Source of the DNA: Octopus sinensis
Taxonomy: Eukaryota
DNA: 64,000 bases
Direction of reading: 5' to 3'
Assembly: GCF_006345805.1 (NCBI RefSeq)
Contig: NC_042997.1
Span: forward strand, 24,800,001-24,864,000
In this document: positions 1 through 13,860 of the stretch, piece after piece
Position numbering within the stretch: position 1 is the stretch's first letter
Layout of the letters: the number at the start of each line of letters is the position of its first letter
Position numbers and translations under genes: made by a program
Notes under the pieces: model-generated
Told to the model about the DNA's origin: nothing
What the model saw: the letters and a program-made list of their open reading frames with translations, nothing else
Databases searched by the model: none

Positions 1-262
1 GATATATGGTTGTATGGATGCATGTTTGTATGTAGTTACACAAATACACAAATGCACAACATACGTACGTAGGATAACGTTTAGTTTATGCAAACTAGGA
101 AAAGAGTAATCAATATGAGCAGTACGGTTTATGTGTTTCGGTAAAATCGATAACTCATTGCGTAGCTATTTTGAGTTTCACGAGTGGTGCGATCATTCAG
201 GCATTATAGCTTCAGTATGTATCTAGTCTTCATATGTGCGCGTTTTTGGACGGACACACACA

Positions 263-268
263 GATAGT

Positions 269-312
<44 letters not shown>

Positions 313-331
313 TATAGATAGATAGATAGAC

Positions 332-408
<77 letters not shown>
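263..408. repeat. (GATA)n microsatellite
   Basis: Seen directly. Also at 4275-4357, 53813-53888, 54277-54331 and 60067-60165. Confidence 0.95.
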
Positions 409-409
<1 letters not shown>

Positions 410-495
410 CTTTCTTTATTGGCTACACAGGGCTGAACACAGAGGGGACAAATACAAATGTAGAGCTTTTCTTTTCGAAGATGGAAAAGAAAAAA
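409..495 (-). mobile_element. LINE 3' tip (same end as 4720-4792)
   Basis: Minus: CGAAAAGAAAAGCTCTAC...TGTGTTCAGCCCTGTGTAGCCAATAAAGAAA followed by (ATCT)n. Confidence 0.55.
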
Positions 496-769
496 AGATA
501 GATAGATAGATAGATAAATCTATATATATGTACTGTATACATCATATTATGTGTAAGTTTTTGCACGTGACTAAGAGTGTGTACATATGAATGGATAGAC
601 TTTTTAAAATATATACTTTGGTCTGTTTCTTTAGTTATATACAGATATATTCTAAAAACCAAACGGGTATATGTATGGTCAATGACTTATTTACATCAGC
701 CCAAAATATGTTTATTTAATGCGTGTATGTATGCGTACATATATTGGCAATTACGTGGTACACCACTCC

Positions 770-800
<31 letters not shown>

Positions 801-1966
801 TAATGGGTGGAGAGAGTCAGAGATAAGAAGTGGGAATGGTATATGTCAATGTATGTACGCATGCATGCATGTATATCAGGAATATATAAGTAACGATCTC
901 AGCTTAATTGCTCTGATATAGACTCGAATCCTATTACTGCATGTGCATCTACTTGCCCAACAAGGAACTTTTGCGTTACACCAAAACTTCCGGATGAAAT
1001 GCTTATCCCAATCGTTTTCTTCCAGAAAAATTTCAATCAGAAACTTCCCTGAATCCAGGATATTTTCTAGTTTCTAACAAACAAATGCAAACATTAACCA
1101 CAGTTATTCACACATCTCTCTTCATCACTTGGAGTCCCTCTCACTCTCTTATTGGTTCTAGACTGGATATATCTCTAGTCATAAATTGGTAAAAAGGTAA
1201 GAAACGTTAGTACTTCAGCTCTTTAATATGTTTCAGCCATCAAGATTATGAACATGCTGAATATCATCTTACAAATTACAACAAATAAATTTAAGGAATT
1301 TCTCGAACTATCTTGATATTTCGAAGCTCTTTGCTTTGAATTTGGGTGATTAATCATTAAATATCTATTATTAATATTTTATTATTATTACTATTACCAG
1401 AAATATGTGACAATTGATAGACCTAAACTGTAACATTAACGTTGTCTGTCTCTGATCAGCAATGGAAAATTAGTGTTATTAGAGCATCGGCAAAGGAATA
1501 CGTGCAAAGCAGCACAACTATACCGGTGATGAGATGCTAAACATCGACTAGTGTGTGAGATTTGGAGAGTAATGTGCTTTTCGCTAAATTTCGTTCAGCC
1601 CAAAACAGAACACAAAATGCGGAAAGACTCAGAATTTTTATATTTTCCTTTTTTTTTTTGTAAATGGCTTCATTTTAAAGTCATCACTGCATTCCTGATT
1701 TAAGTTTAACAAGCAATAAACAAACAAACGAACGAATAAATCAATATAAATTATAATAAATATAAATAAAAAAAAAATAGCAGTAATATAATAAAAGTGT
1801 TTATTGAGAGTATAACATCTAATAAATGTCTGCTTAAAACTAAGAACAAAAAACAGAATTTCTCCCAACTCACTCTCACAAAATTCCATACACAGACCAC
1901 AGTCCAGAGCTTCTGGAGAACATTCTTATGAGTATAAAGCATACATATACGCAACAAAAAAAAAAC

Positions 1967-2007
<41 letters not shown>

Positions 2008-2550
2008 GATATCGGTTTTGATTATATTTTCGGTCTACGTCAAAATATGACTCCATTCACGTATGCAAAGGAAGACAAAGCCACTCAATCGCACACATAT
2101 ACGCATACAACCGTAATGTCTGCACATCATAACCGAATAGACGAATGTGTATGCGTCTAAATGAGTATGCACGTCTGTGTATATAAATCGAACCGAAGCG
2201 TCCATATACATACGCACCACACACCACATAACTATATATATATATATATAAATATGCATGTATGCATTTATAGATATATATGTATGTATATATACACATA
2301 TATATTTATACATATATGTATATATATATACGTATGTATATGTACATATGTATATATATATATTATATATATATAATATACATGTATATATGTATATACA
2401 TGTATATATGTATATATATGATATATATATGCATATATATATATATATATACATGTGCATATATATATATATCTATATATCTATATATATAATATATAAT
2501 ATATAATATATATATAATATATATATATATATCATGTGCATATATATATA

Positions 2551-2590
<40 letters not shown>

Positions 2591-2743
2591 TACTCACTCG
2601 TTTGTGTACTATCCGACATTATATAAAAGCGTACATTCATCTATACGCAAGGTTTTGTGTAAGCATTAAAAACTGTGAGAATAGAATTAATGTCACAATG
2701 TAAAACATTAAATACAATATATATATATATGTGTGTGTGTGTT

Positions 2744-2775
<32 letters not shown>

Positions 2776-3222
2776 ACTTTATGTATATATAATTATTAAT
2801 GTAATTATCTATATATATATATATATACATATATATTTTTTGTGTGTATATATACTCGTATGGATGTATGTAAATATATTTTGCAATAAATCCGCCATAT
2901 TTTTTACGCTCTCGCATCATCATGAATATGCTATAAAAAATATTTATATATATGTATATATATATGTATTTTTCCCTCCTCTTTTATGACTCATCAGACG
3001 TCTCGTAAAAGAGATGATCCATCAGTCAACCAGAACATGGGTTGCCTTTAGGATTCATGTCGTAGCTACTGTTTAAAATAAAAAAACAAGTAAACAAATG
3101 CATAAAGTAATATATAAAATAACAAACAATATTTTTCTGATAAACTTAGGCTAGGAGTTCTATTAGCAATACATACATAGAATCATCTATGAATACAGTA
3201 CAAACTTACATATATATGTATG

Positions 3223-3253
<31 letters not shown>

Positions 3254-3262
3254 GTATATATA

Positions 3263-3307
<45 letters not shown>

Positions 3308-3881
3308 GTGTTATTTTGCCCGCTTTTTGTGTTGTTCATGTTGCTACTGCTGTTGCTTCTGTCATTGTTTGTACTTTATCAAGGAATTTCCTGTCCTCTA
3401 TATAAAGTTGCACCTCACAAGTAAAAAAAAAAAAATGGAGACCCCTTTTTGCTATTTAAAATTTTTTTATCTTGGCTCTAAAAAAGTGGGAGAGAAATCT
3501 GGATTGTATGAAGTGATTGATTATATCAATCAAAAATACGTTGGTGGTTTCGATGTTTAGTTTAAAGAGAAATTGTATGCTTAAGAGAGAGAGAGAGAGA
3601 GTGTGTGTGGGAGAGAAAATATATCATAGAAATGGATGTAGGGTGGTGAGAGATGATCAATCAGACAAACAATGGAATTGATGAGAGTGAGGTGGAGGAA
3701 ACAGATAGTAGGCAAACAGACAGACTGGCAGATTATAAGAGGAGAGGTATATGAGAAAGAGGCAAACAAAAAATGCTTTTTAAATGTAAATAAGATGAAG
3801 TCTCTGACACAAGAGAAACTTGGACGAGAGATGGGTGAATACGGGAGATTAAGCTAGAGAAGGCTAGATAAAAGTTATGAG

Positions 3882-3919
<38 letters not shown>

Positions 3920-4273
3920 GAAGGGAAAGGTGGAGAGGTTAGTGTAGAAAAAGAGAGATGAGCAAGAGTTAGAGTGAACTTGAAAACTGAGATATGTAGA
4001 ATCACAAAGGATTTAGGTAAAAGAAATAAAACATGTTTTCCATTCTCACATTCTCTGCCGCATACATATATTTTTTTCAATTCTTTCTCTGTTCTATCTG
4101 TCTATCTATCTGCCTATCTGTCTGCCTATCTGTCTGTCTATATGTATGTCCATCCATCCATCCATCCATCCACTCATCCATCCATCCATTTATCTATCTA
4201 TCTATCTATGTAATAATACAAATGATATATATATATATATATATTATATATAGAGAGAGAAGAGAGAGAGATT

Positions 4274-4357
<84 letters not shown>

Positions 4358-4549
4358 TACATATACATATATATGTGCATATGTGGGCACAGGACGTCAT
4401 GAAACGCGTACAAAAAAGATACGATGTACGAGTACATAGAATATGAAATATTTTTTCGAACAACAAAAGATACAAATGGAAAACAAGACAAACAAAATAA
4501 AGAATGACCCTTCAGTTGTTGACTGTTTTTTCTACTCTCGTACTTCGAG

Positions 4550-4792
4550 CATTTTCATATTGACATTTCTGTGATTACGATCCCTATTGATCAACTTTTT
4601 TTTCCTCTCCCCTTTTCTTTTTGTTCCCTCTCCTCACCTTTTTTTAAATCCTCCCCTATTTTTGTCCTCTTTCTTTCCTTTTACGATCCCTTTTGATCGA
4701 AAACCAACCCCCTTTTTTTTACCCCGAAAAGAAAAGCTCTACCTTGTAATTTGTTCTGTCTGTGTGCAGCCCTGTGTGGCTAATAAAGAAAC
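4550..4792 (+). mobile_element. LINE 3' UTR end (Tx1-like subfamily)
   Basis: Shares TCATATTGACATTTCTGTGAT..GATCCCTATTGATCAA with 54217-54255 and ends GCCCTGTGTGGCTAATAAAGAAA. Confidence 0.55.
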
Positions 4793-5050
4793 ATATTTAT
4801 CTACCTTTCTTTCTATCTATCTCCTGTATGTTTACATTCTCGTTAGCAGATTCAAACCAACCTATCGTTCAATGTACAGTTCTCAATCTTCCTTAAGACG
4901 GTTTCCATGAAAATGCAATGCTTAATGCTTCTCATATGCGAACGAAGTTAGAATTATTCTGACTGAGAAAGAAAGCTTGAAAACGTTTTTCTTATCATTA
5001 TTAGCAACAGAATCGTTCGAGATGTCTTAGCATATATATATATATCTATA

Positions 5051-5114
<64 letters not shown>

Positions 5115-5117
5115 TGT

Positions 5118-5154
<37 letters not shown>

Positions 5155-5198
5155 AAGAAGATAAATCCGATTAACTCCACGTGGTGAGTTGTACTGCA

Positions 5199-5239
<41 letters not shown>

Positions 5240-5680
5240 TAAAAGAAGGAAACCGGTCGACTACCACAATACTCCATCATGTAAAATATATTAAAACTAG
5301 GTAAGCTGTCCATTTTCCTTGTTTTATTGTATGTCATTTCCCTCACTTTCAGCCCGTACAAATGTGGTAAATAATGTAGTTCTTAGGGCCATTTGGTGTC
5401 TATTTCTAGCATAGAGCGCCTTTACTATAATTATATTTATATAATTGTATATTTTGTATTAATTGTTACTTATATGGTTTATTACATGGTGGCTACTTGA
5501 TAAAATTTGATTATAAAGATATATAGGTGTGTGTGTATATGTATATATGTACATATAATGATGTTGTATTCTGCATAATGCGAAAATACTTTTGCACGCA
5601 AAATTGTGTTTCCATAATTACAGGAGCCCAACATCTCCGCCACTGAACTTCAATGAAAATTATAGGGATCCAATTTAAGA

Positions 5681-5780
5681 NNNNNNNNNNNNNNNNNNNN
5701 NNNNNNNNNNNNNNNNNNNNNNNNNNNNNNNNNNNNNNNNNNNNNNNNNNNNNNNNNNNNNNNNNNNNNNNNNNNNNNNN
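5681..5780. other. Assembly gap (100 N)
   Basis: Run of N. Confidence 1.
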
Positions 5781-6662
5781 CTGAATATAGGCTGGCTTAA
5801 TCAGGAATGAGCTGGAGTTAAACAACTACAACAGCCGCAGAACAACACTGACAGCACCCAGACATATCGAATCAACAAAAGAGCCTTTACGGTGTTGTTC
5901 GACCTGTTAGAACTAGTAGCTAAATATCCTTCAAATCATACTCTATGGTCTTGAAAATGTACAGGTTACATACTTTACTCGTGGTTTCTCTGTATATAGG
6001 GGAATAGCAATGAATGTAACATATGGAACGTCTGTAGTCTGCTGGTTAAAGCTTAAACCTGGGGTCTCATGCTACCGACTTTAGCCACAACCAGACATAC
6101 ACTGTGTCTGATGACGACGGGAAATGATAGAAACTGTGGTAGGTTGGACTAAATAGTTTGTACTAATTTTGCTTTATACTTCCCGATATATTCTGTGTCT
6201 AGGATCTGATCAAGAGCATCATACCTTTCGATCAAAAAAAAAACAAACATGTTCCGCTTATGAACACGGTGTACGTAACTGAAACAACATCAAATCAAAA
6301 TAGCCATCTATATATCATATTTAATGTATATACGGTATTGAGTGACATGATGCTGAAAGCCTTCGTCTGAGTAAAAAGCTCTTCAAAGGCATACCGAGCT
6401 AAAAGCACCATGTACATATCGGAACGAGACGAAAATTCGTCCCGTCAGTGATTTGCTAAACACTAGATGTATTTCGGCCTTCCTGGGCCATTTCATTTAT
6501 TTGTTCTTGCTAATCACAAGCCAAGACGAAGCCTGTTTTCTCGGATATAAAGGAAATAATGAATAACACAACGTAATAATCACCGGGCTGAATTAAAACA
6601 CGGTATACGCAACTGAAAGAGCATTAAATTAAAACAGCTATTTATAATATGTTAATTGCCAT

Positions 6663-6891
6663 ACTCTTTGACTCTTTTACTTTTTTACTTGTTTCAGTCA
6701 TTTGACTGCGGCCATGCTGGAGCACCGCCTTTAGTCAAGCAAATCGACCCCGGGACTTATTCTTTTTGTAAGCCCAGTACTTATTCTATCGGTCTCTTTT
6801 TGCCGAACCGCTAAGGGCACGGGGAATAAACACACCAGCATCGGTTGTCAAGCAATGCTAGGAGGACAAAACACAGACACACAAAAAATAT

Positions 6892-6932
<41 letters not shown>

Positions 6933-7101
6933 AATATACGACAGGCTTATTTCAGTTTCCGTCTACCAAATCCACTCACAAGGCATTGGTCAGCCCGGGG
7001 CTATAGCAGAAGACACTTGCCCAAGATGCCACGCAGTGGGACTGAACCCGCAACCATGTGGTTGGTTAGCAAGCTACTTACCACACAGCCACTCCTGCGC
7101 C
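6663..7101 (-). mobile_element. SINE family B
   Basis: Full reverse copy. Confidence 0.88.
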
Positions 7102-7250
7102 TACATACATACAGCATTGAGTGAAGGACATGATATTCGTCAAGGCATATGACTAACAAAAACATGTAATTGACAAGACAAGTTATGCTGAAATGTGTTT
7201 ATTTGGCTTTCGTGTGAATCACTACTGGGACGAATGTTCATCTTGCTCAA

Positions 7251-7480
7251 GGCGGCGAGCTGGCAGAACCGTTAGCAAGCCGGGCGAAATACGTAGCCGT
7301 ATTTCGTCTACCCGTTACGTTCTGTGTTCAAATTCCGCCGAGGTCGACTTTGCCTTTCATCCTTTCGGAATCGATAAATTAAGTACCATTTACGCACTGG
7401 GGTCGATTTAATCGACTTAATCCGTTTGTCTGTCATTGTTTGTCTCCTCTATGTTTAGCCCCTTGTGAGTAATAAAGAAA
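7251..7480 (+). mobile_element. SINE family A
   Basis: Aligns to the 7973 copy. Confidence 0.85.
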
Positions 7481-7972
7481 CAGATTGTTCGTCTATGAAA
7501 ATTTTTTTTCTCTTGGACGATCTACAACATCATGTCTCTTGATACTATACATACGTTAAGTATCATCCATAGATAACTATTTCTGCTAAGTTTTAGGCTA
7601 GAAGTAAGCCATAAACCATTGATGTCACTCGCAAGGATTATGATCTGATGGCATATAGCATGCTTTCGCCCATTGCTTTATGAGTCAATGTTTTTTCTTC
7701 TTGAGAAACAAAGGTACAATCACGGTCCTACTATCCTTGATACAGCGGAACATTTAAAATAACAGCTAGGTGAGCAATATCTACCTGGTACCAATTTTCT
7801 GCTGATAGGCTGTAATAACCTGAACATAGCACACAGCCCAGTCCACTTGTACAGGTACAGAACACATCACGTGGTCCAGTAATCGAATTTCAATTTTAAG
7901 ATTGTGTGCCTACCCACCCCCATTCCATTAGGTTATGTGTCTTCATCTTAAGGTAGGTATCAATATACTGAA

Positions 7973-8201
7973 GGCGGCGAGCTGGTAGAAACGTTAGCAC
8001 GCCGGGCGAAATGCTTAGCAGTATTTCGTCTGCCGCTAAGTTCGGAGTTCAAATTCCGCCGAGGTCGACTTTGCCTTTCATCCTTTCGGGGTCGATTAAA
8101 TAAGTACCAGTTACGCACTGGGGTCGATGTAATCGACTTAATCCGTTTGTCTGTCCTTGTTTGTCCTTTCTGTGTTTAGCCCCTTGTGGGTAGTAAAGAA
8201 A
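7973..8201 (+). mobile_element. tRNA-derived SINE family A, full length with 16-bp TSD
   Basis: GGCGGCGAGCTGG head, B-box GAGTTCAAATTCC. TSD TAGGTATCAATATACT at 7954-7969 and 8202-8217. Confidence 0.9.
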
Positions 8202-8599
8202 TAGGTATCAATATACTATTTACATTAATCAAGTATTTATTCACAAGTCGTAAAAGAATTATCCAAGGTGCAGCGCAGTGAGACTAAACTCGAAATTAAG
8301 TAGATTCGAAGTAAAGATCTTAATCTCACAATTAAGTTTGCATCTAATTTACTAAAATGAAATGAAATGAATGGGAAAAGAAATGCCCACAAAATGATCA
8401 TGGTTAGGATAACTTTGATCGTAGGACTGTTCAATCCAGTGGCTGCACGGAGATGAAATTTAATGAGTGTGTTGTTGCTTCAGAAAATTTTTAGCCGTTG
8501 TTTTAATATTGTGTAAAAGGAAACAAACATATAAAAAGAATATTTATACATAAATTTAATCGGTTCGTATTGTAGCAACTGCCGAGTAGTGTGTTTAAT

Positions 8600-8950
8600 T
8601 TGTTCACTGAACACCGCCGCAAATACCCCCTCGTTTTTCAAAAATCTCCCCTAAATCACAAAATAAGAGAGGGGCGGGGAAATCTGCCCTATTTTTCAAA
8701 TCCTGGCAGTAACACTGAAGCTGGAAGCAGGATAATAATCTAATTCTACACTTTATCACATTCAAGAATATAACGCGTTTTTAAGCACAAACACACGCGG
8801 AGTCGAAAAGAGACACTACCTTTCACCGGCACTGCGGGAACTACAGTGCTCTCGCCCTCTCCCTAGAGTGAAACTTCCTCTCTCGGACATGTGAGCATGC
8901 GCACAACAACCAAATACCGCGTCGCTGGAACTGTGAAGCGCACAGTTTTA
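8600..8950. promoter_or_regulatory. Possible CpG-enriched promoter-like island
   Basis: Locally GC/CpG-rich, with GAACTACA (ZNF143/THAP11-like), ACTTCC (ETS-like) and GCATGCGCA (NRF1-like). No linked exon found. Confidence 0.25.
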
Positions 8951-9024
8951 TACAAGGATTTTTGTACTTTTTTTCATAAATCAGGGATTGTATAAAGTAC
9001 AAGTAAAAAGAAAGAATTAAAAGG

Positions 9025-9250
9025 ATTTGTGTTTGTGTGTCTGTGTTTGTTCCCCTAGCATTGCTTGACAACTGATGCGGGTGTGTTTACGTCTCCGTCA
9101 CTTAGCGGTTCGGCAAAAAGAGACCGATAGAATAAGTACTGGGCTTACAAAAAGAATAAGTCCCGGGGTCGAGTTGCTCGACTAAAAGGCGGTGCTCCCG
9201 CATGGCCGCAGTCAAATGACTGAAACAAGTAAAAGAGTAAAAGAGTAAAG
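9025..9250 (+). mobile_element. SINE family B, 3' half
   Basis: Aligns to 10190-10406. Confidence 0.8.
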
Positions 9251-9254
9251 AGTA

Positions 9255-9479
9255 TTATATTCTTTTCTACTCTAGGCACAAGGCCCAAAATTTGGGCGGG
9301 GGGAGGGGGCCAGTCGATCAGATCGACCACAGTACACAACTGATACTTAATTTATCGCGCCCGAAAGGATGAAAAGCAAAGTCGACCTCGGCGGCATTTG
9401 AACTCAGAACATAAAGACAGACGAAATATCTCTAAGCATTTCGCCCGGCGTGCTAACGGTTCTGCTCGCTCGCCGCCTT
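9255..9479 (-). mobile_element. SINE family A, alternative tail (type 2)
   Basis: Same head and body. Tail CCCCCTCCCC...GGCCTTGTGCCTAGAGTAGAAAAGAAT. Confidence 0.8.
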
Positions 9480-9980
9480 AAAGGACTTTATTATACTGGC
9501 TGTTATCGATAATATCGAGTGGAAGTGAGGAGTGCTGCAGTTTCGCAGTGTCTATGCTAGAGCTCCTACTGGTTCAATTTACATCTCCTTGGTGATGAAT
9601 AATAACATAATAGAAACCCATTATATTGAAGTTATATACTGCAAATGTGTAAACAGAAAAAACGAATAGAGAATCGGTAGAAATGAGGACAAACTGCGCT
9701 GCTGTATTAAGTTATGTCCCTTTACATTCTGACATAAAATCCCAACGGGAATGACTTGGAATTTTCCATCCAGGATCAATAAAACAGCCTAGTAGAATCG
9801 AATGGATGTAATCCAGTTTCTGCTCTGCAAATAGCTGTCCTAACGTTAAATTTTGGAAAAAAAAAAGTTTAAAAAATCGATATTTTTACATTGATGTTAA
9901 AACGAAATGGCTGGAGCTCATGGAGTAGCGTTTAACAGAGTTTTGTCTGGTTATGAGTTAGAAATCTAATAGAGTTATGA

Positions 9981-10159
9981 GGCGCAGGAGTGGCTGTGTG
10001 GTAAGTAGCTTGCTAACCAACCACATGGTTCCGGGTTCAGTCCCACTGCGTGGCATCTTGGGCAAGTGTCTTCTGCTATAGCCCCGGGCCGACCAATGCC
10101 TTGTGAGTGGATTTGGTAGACGGAAACTGAAGGAAGCCTGTCGTATATATGTATATATG

Positions 10160-10194
<35 letters not shown>

Positions 10195-10406
10195 TTGTGT
10201 GTCTGTGTTTGTCCCCCTAGCATTGCTTGACAACCGATGCTGGTGTGTATACGTCCCCGTCACTTAGCGGTTCGGCAAAAAAGAGACCGATAGAATAAGT
10301 ACTGGGCTTACAAAGAATAAGTCCCGGGGTCGATTTGCTCGACTAAAGGCGGTGCTCCAGCATGGCCGCAGTCAAATGACTGAAACAAGTAAAAGAGTAA
10401 AAGAGT
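9981..10406 (+). mobile_element. tRNA-derived SINE family B (internal TA/TG microsatellite)
   Basis: GGCGCAGGAGTGGCTGTGTGG head, B-box GGTTCAGTCCC, CORE-like CTTGGGCAAGTG, tail (GTAAAAGA)n. Confidence 0.9.
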
Positions 10407-10782
10407 ATATGAATCTTCCTCCTATCTTGGATAACGTTTCGGTGGTGGTTAAGTTCTGAAGAAGCGTGAATAGACTTGTTTCTTCCCCACCCTACACAAA
10501 CTAAAAGTGTTGTTCTCTTGGCAACCTTAGAAGTAATTTATATTTAGTTGGTGGTCCAGTACGGCTCGATACAGTCAGAGAATCAAACACAAATGGATGT
10601 CCGAACACTCGCGCGCGCACACTCACACGCACACATACACACACGCAATTACACATGTTTTGACATAAATACGTACATATATTAAAACACGTGGGAATAT
10701 TATATATATGTTGTGGCGTGTGTTCATATGTGTACGTATATTTTTGAATATCTATTTATACATGTATATTATCTCTCTCTCT

Positions 10783-10835
<53 letters not shown>

Positions 10836-10921
10836 TATTAGAGACAAAACCACTATTTTGCAAAACAAACAAGGAAGACTTAATCAATACATAAAATTTT
10901 AATAAATAGTCAAAAAAACCG

Positions 10922-10964
10922 CCACTACAATTGTTTCTTGTCTTGATCGACAATCTTCAGGTGG
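10922..10964 (-). ncRNA. Type I hammerhead ribozyme H1, minimal, fully canonical core
   Basis: Minus strand reads CCAC-CUGAAGA-UUGUC(gaucaa)GACAA-GAAAC-aauu-GUA|GUGG. Stem I is 4 bp, stem II 5 bp, stem III 2 bp with palindromic ACAAUUGU. Predicted cleavage is between 10926 and 10925. Confidence 0.85.
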
Positions 10965-11242
10965 ACTTCCAATAAGTCAGTTTCAAATTATATACATATA
11001 TATATATATACAAACATATACATACATACACATATATACATACCTATATATATACATACATATATATATATATATACACACATACATGCATGCATGCATA
11101 CAAATACATACACGCACACACTCACACACAGATATATAGTTTCTTACACACGGCTGTGGCTCTGTTTTACTACGGACAAGAAATTAGAGGTCCTTTCATA
11201 CACATATGCGCGTGCACACTCAATTTTACTTAAATTTTTTCA

Positions 11243-11648
11243 TTCTCTTTTACTCTTTTACTTGTTTCAGTCATTTGACTGCGGCCATGCTGGAGCACCG
11301 CCTTTAGTCGAGCAAATCGACACCGGGACTTATTCTTTTTGTAAGCCCAGTACTTATTCTATCGGTCTCTTTTTGCCGAACTGTTAGCTGACGGGGACGT
11401 AAACACACCAGCATCGGTTGTCAAGCAATGCTAGGGGAACAAACACAGACACACAAACACACACACATACATATATACATATATACGACAGGCTTCTTTC
11501 AGTTTCCGTCTACCAAATCCACTCACAAGGCATTGGTCGGCCCAGAGCTATAGCAGAAGACACTTGCCCAAGATGCCACGCAGTGGGACTGAACCCGGAA
11601 CCATGTGGTTGGTTAGCAAGCTACTTACCACACAGCCACTCCTGCGCC
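11243..11648 (-). mobile_element. SINE family B
   Basis: Full reverse copy. Confidence 0.88.
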
Positions 11649-11828
11649 TCTGAATTATTCTTATAATGAAGTACCTAGTTCCAAACTTACTTCTCTCTTT
11701 ACAATTTAGTAAACAGCATCGGTAAATATAAATTTTGAAAAAATCCTTTATATAGCATAAATTTGATAATACAGAGTGATGATATCCTTTATTTTGTAAT
11801 CAATTTTTAAATGATTTTTGTCTTATTC

Positions 11829-12188
11829 ATCTGTATATATAAAAGGCAGGATGTGTGTGTGTGTGTGTGCGTGCGTGAATGTGTACTTAAATATAATTTA
11901 TGCACGTCCATAAAGTAGCACGTATGTCGCTCCAATTTTAGGAGGACATTCGTTATGACCCTACCTGTATTTTCGTTAACTTATTTTCCCCAGAGGTACC
12001 AGCGAATAACAGTAAAAATACATTTTCAACCAAAACTTTTAACAATTTTCAAGTCGGAGAAATCACCATTGTTTGTTAAGTCCCCTTCTAGCGACGAGTA
12101 AGTTTTTAAGACTTTTGTTGTATTTTTTCTACTGAGGAAAAAAGTGTTTTGTTAATATTCGGGCAACACACACACACACACGCACACG

Positions 12189-12266
<78 letters not shown>

Positions 12267-12488
12267 TACGAATAGGTATGCGTACAAAAAACATGTACGT
12301 AATAGGTGTACGCACGTACGTGTGTATATATGTGTGTGTTGCCCATATATATATATATATATAAACCAATTTCAACGCATTTCGCCCAAATTGGACGTCG
12401 ATGTTACTTAGTTTGGTTTGCAATAAAGAACTTGATTAGCTTAATAATCCTAATTAATCCCGGGCAAGGCCGGGTTATACTGCTAGTT
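11829..12488 (-). mobile_element. Helitron/Helentron-like element with internal (CA)n
   Basis: Minus 5' ACTAGCAGTATAACCCGGCCTTGCCCGGG, 3' CCTTTTATATATACAGAT. Confidence 0.55.
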
Positions 12489-12958
12489 TTATATATTTTT
12501 TGACATTCTCTATTTGAATGAGGTGGTGAGCTGGCAGAATCGTTAGCACGCAGGAGCAAAATGCTTATCGGCATTTCGTTCGTCATAACGTTCTGATATC
12601 AACTTCCGCCGGGGTCAACTTGACTTTTCATCATTTCGAGGTCGATAAATAAGTACCAGCAGAGCACAGGGTATCAATGTAATCGATTTACTCTCTGCCG
12701 GAAACTGCCGGCTTTGCGCCACATTTGAAACCAATATTATCCGTTTGAATATCCCACGCGTGTGCAAAATATGCTACCAATTAGAAATTGTCAGTGTTTT
12801 CTAGTTGCGAGTGAGTGAGAGAGTGAGAAAGTGAGAGATTATAATTATTAATTGGACACAATTGAAATAAACAGTTTCCTTCTCCTCAAACACAGAAAGA
12901 GATATGTGCGCCAGTAAGTAACCACAGAAGAGGGAAAGAAGGAAGAGAGAGAGAGAGT

Positions 12959-12990
<32 letters not shown>

Positions 12991-13457
12991 AAGAATGAGA
13001 GGGAGAGATGCGGAGAATGAAAAGAAGTAAAAACATTAAGACAAAAGAAACATAAGGACGTTTGATGTCAAATAATGAGCATCGAAACAAAGATGCCAAA
13101 TAAGGGGCGCCAAAACGGCTGGGTCAAATCGTTTCATACCCAAGAAAGATCGACTTCAGCAGGCTTTGAAGTCAAAGCACAGTCATTCCTAACAAATTCA
13201 GTGAGATAATCTAGCCAACGCCTTAACACCTGGCAATTCGTTATTATTAATCCCTTAATTATTCATCAAAGGAAGAGTCATGAGCTGCAGTATCTTACAA
13301 AGCAATTAAAATGAAAAACAAGAAAATGTTGAAACGTTGCTGTGTATAGAAGGAAGATAAAGCTAATGATTATAAAAGAGTTGTTGTTTAATCGCATGTC
13401 TAGACTCAGGAAGCAGATCATTCAAGTCATGACCATCACAATAATTTTTCTGGAAAG

Positions 13458-13860
13458 GTGGCGAGCTGGCAGAAACGTTAGCACGCCGGGCGAAATGCTT
13501 AGCCGTATTTCGGCTGTCTTTACGTTCTAAGTTCAAATTCCGCCGAGGTCGACTTTGCCTTTCATCCTTTCGGGGTCGATAAACTAAGTACCAGTTACGC
13601 ACTGAGGTCGATGTAATCGATTTAATCCATTTGTCTGTCCTTGTTTGTCCCCTCTATGTTTAGCCCCTTGCGGGTAGTAAAGAAATACGTATTTCGTCTG
13701 CCGCTACGTTCTGAGTTCAAATTCCGCCGAGGTCGACTTTGTCCCTTCCTTCCTTTCGGGATCGATAAATTAAGTACCAGTTGCGTACTAGGGTCGATCT
13801 AAACGACTGGCCCCCTCCCCTAAAATTTCAGGCCTTGTGCCTAGACTAGAAAAAAATATT
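13458..13860 (+). mobile_element. SINE family A dimer (full copy + headless copy with tail 2)
   Basis: The second unit starts at GTATTTCGTCTGCC right after the tail GAAATA. Confidence 0.8.

Noticed and set aside
3672-3857. 61-aa ORF MELMRVRWRKQIVG...
   Set aside because: No recognisable motif. Possibly an old LINE scrap, but not supportable.
6100-6145. CTGATGA...GAAAC-TGTG-GTA hammerhead-like string
   Set aside because: Neither stem I nor stem II can pair in register.
9981-10060. tRNA-like heads of SINEs as tRNA genes
   Set aside because: No complete cloverleaf, and they are embedded in multi-copy SINE bodies.
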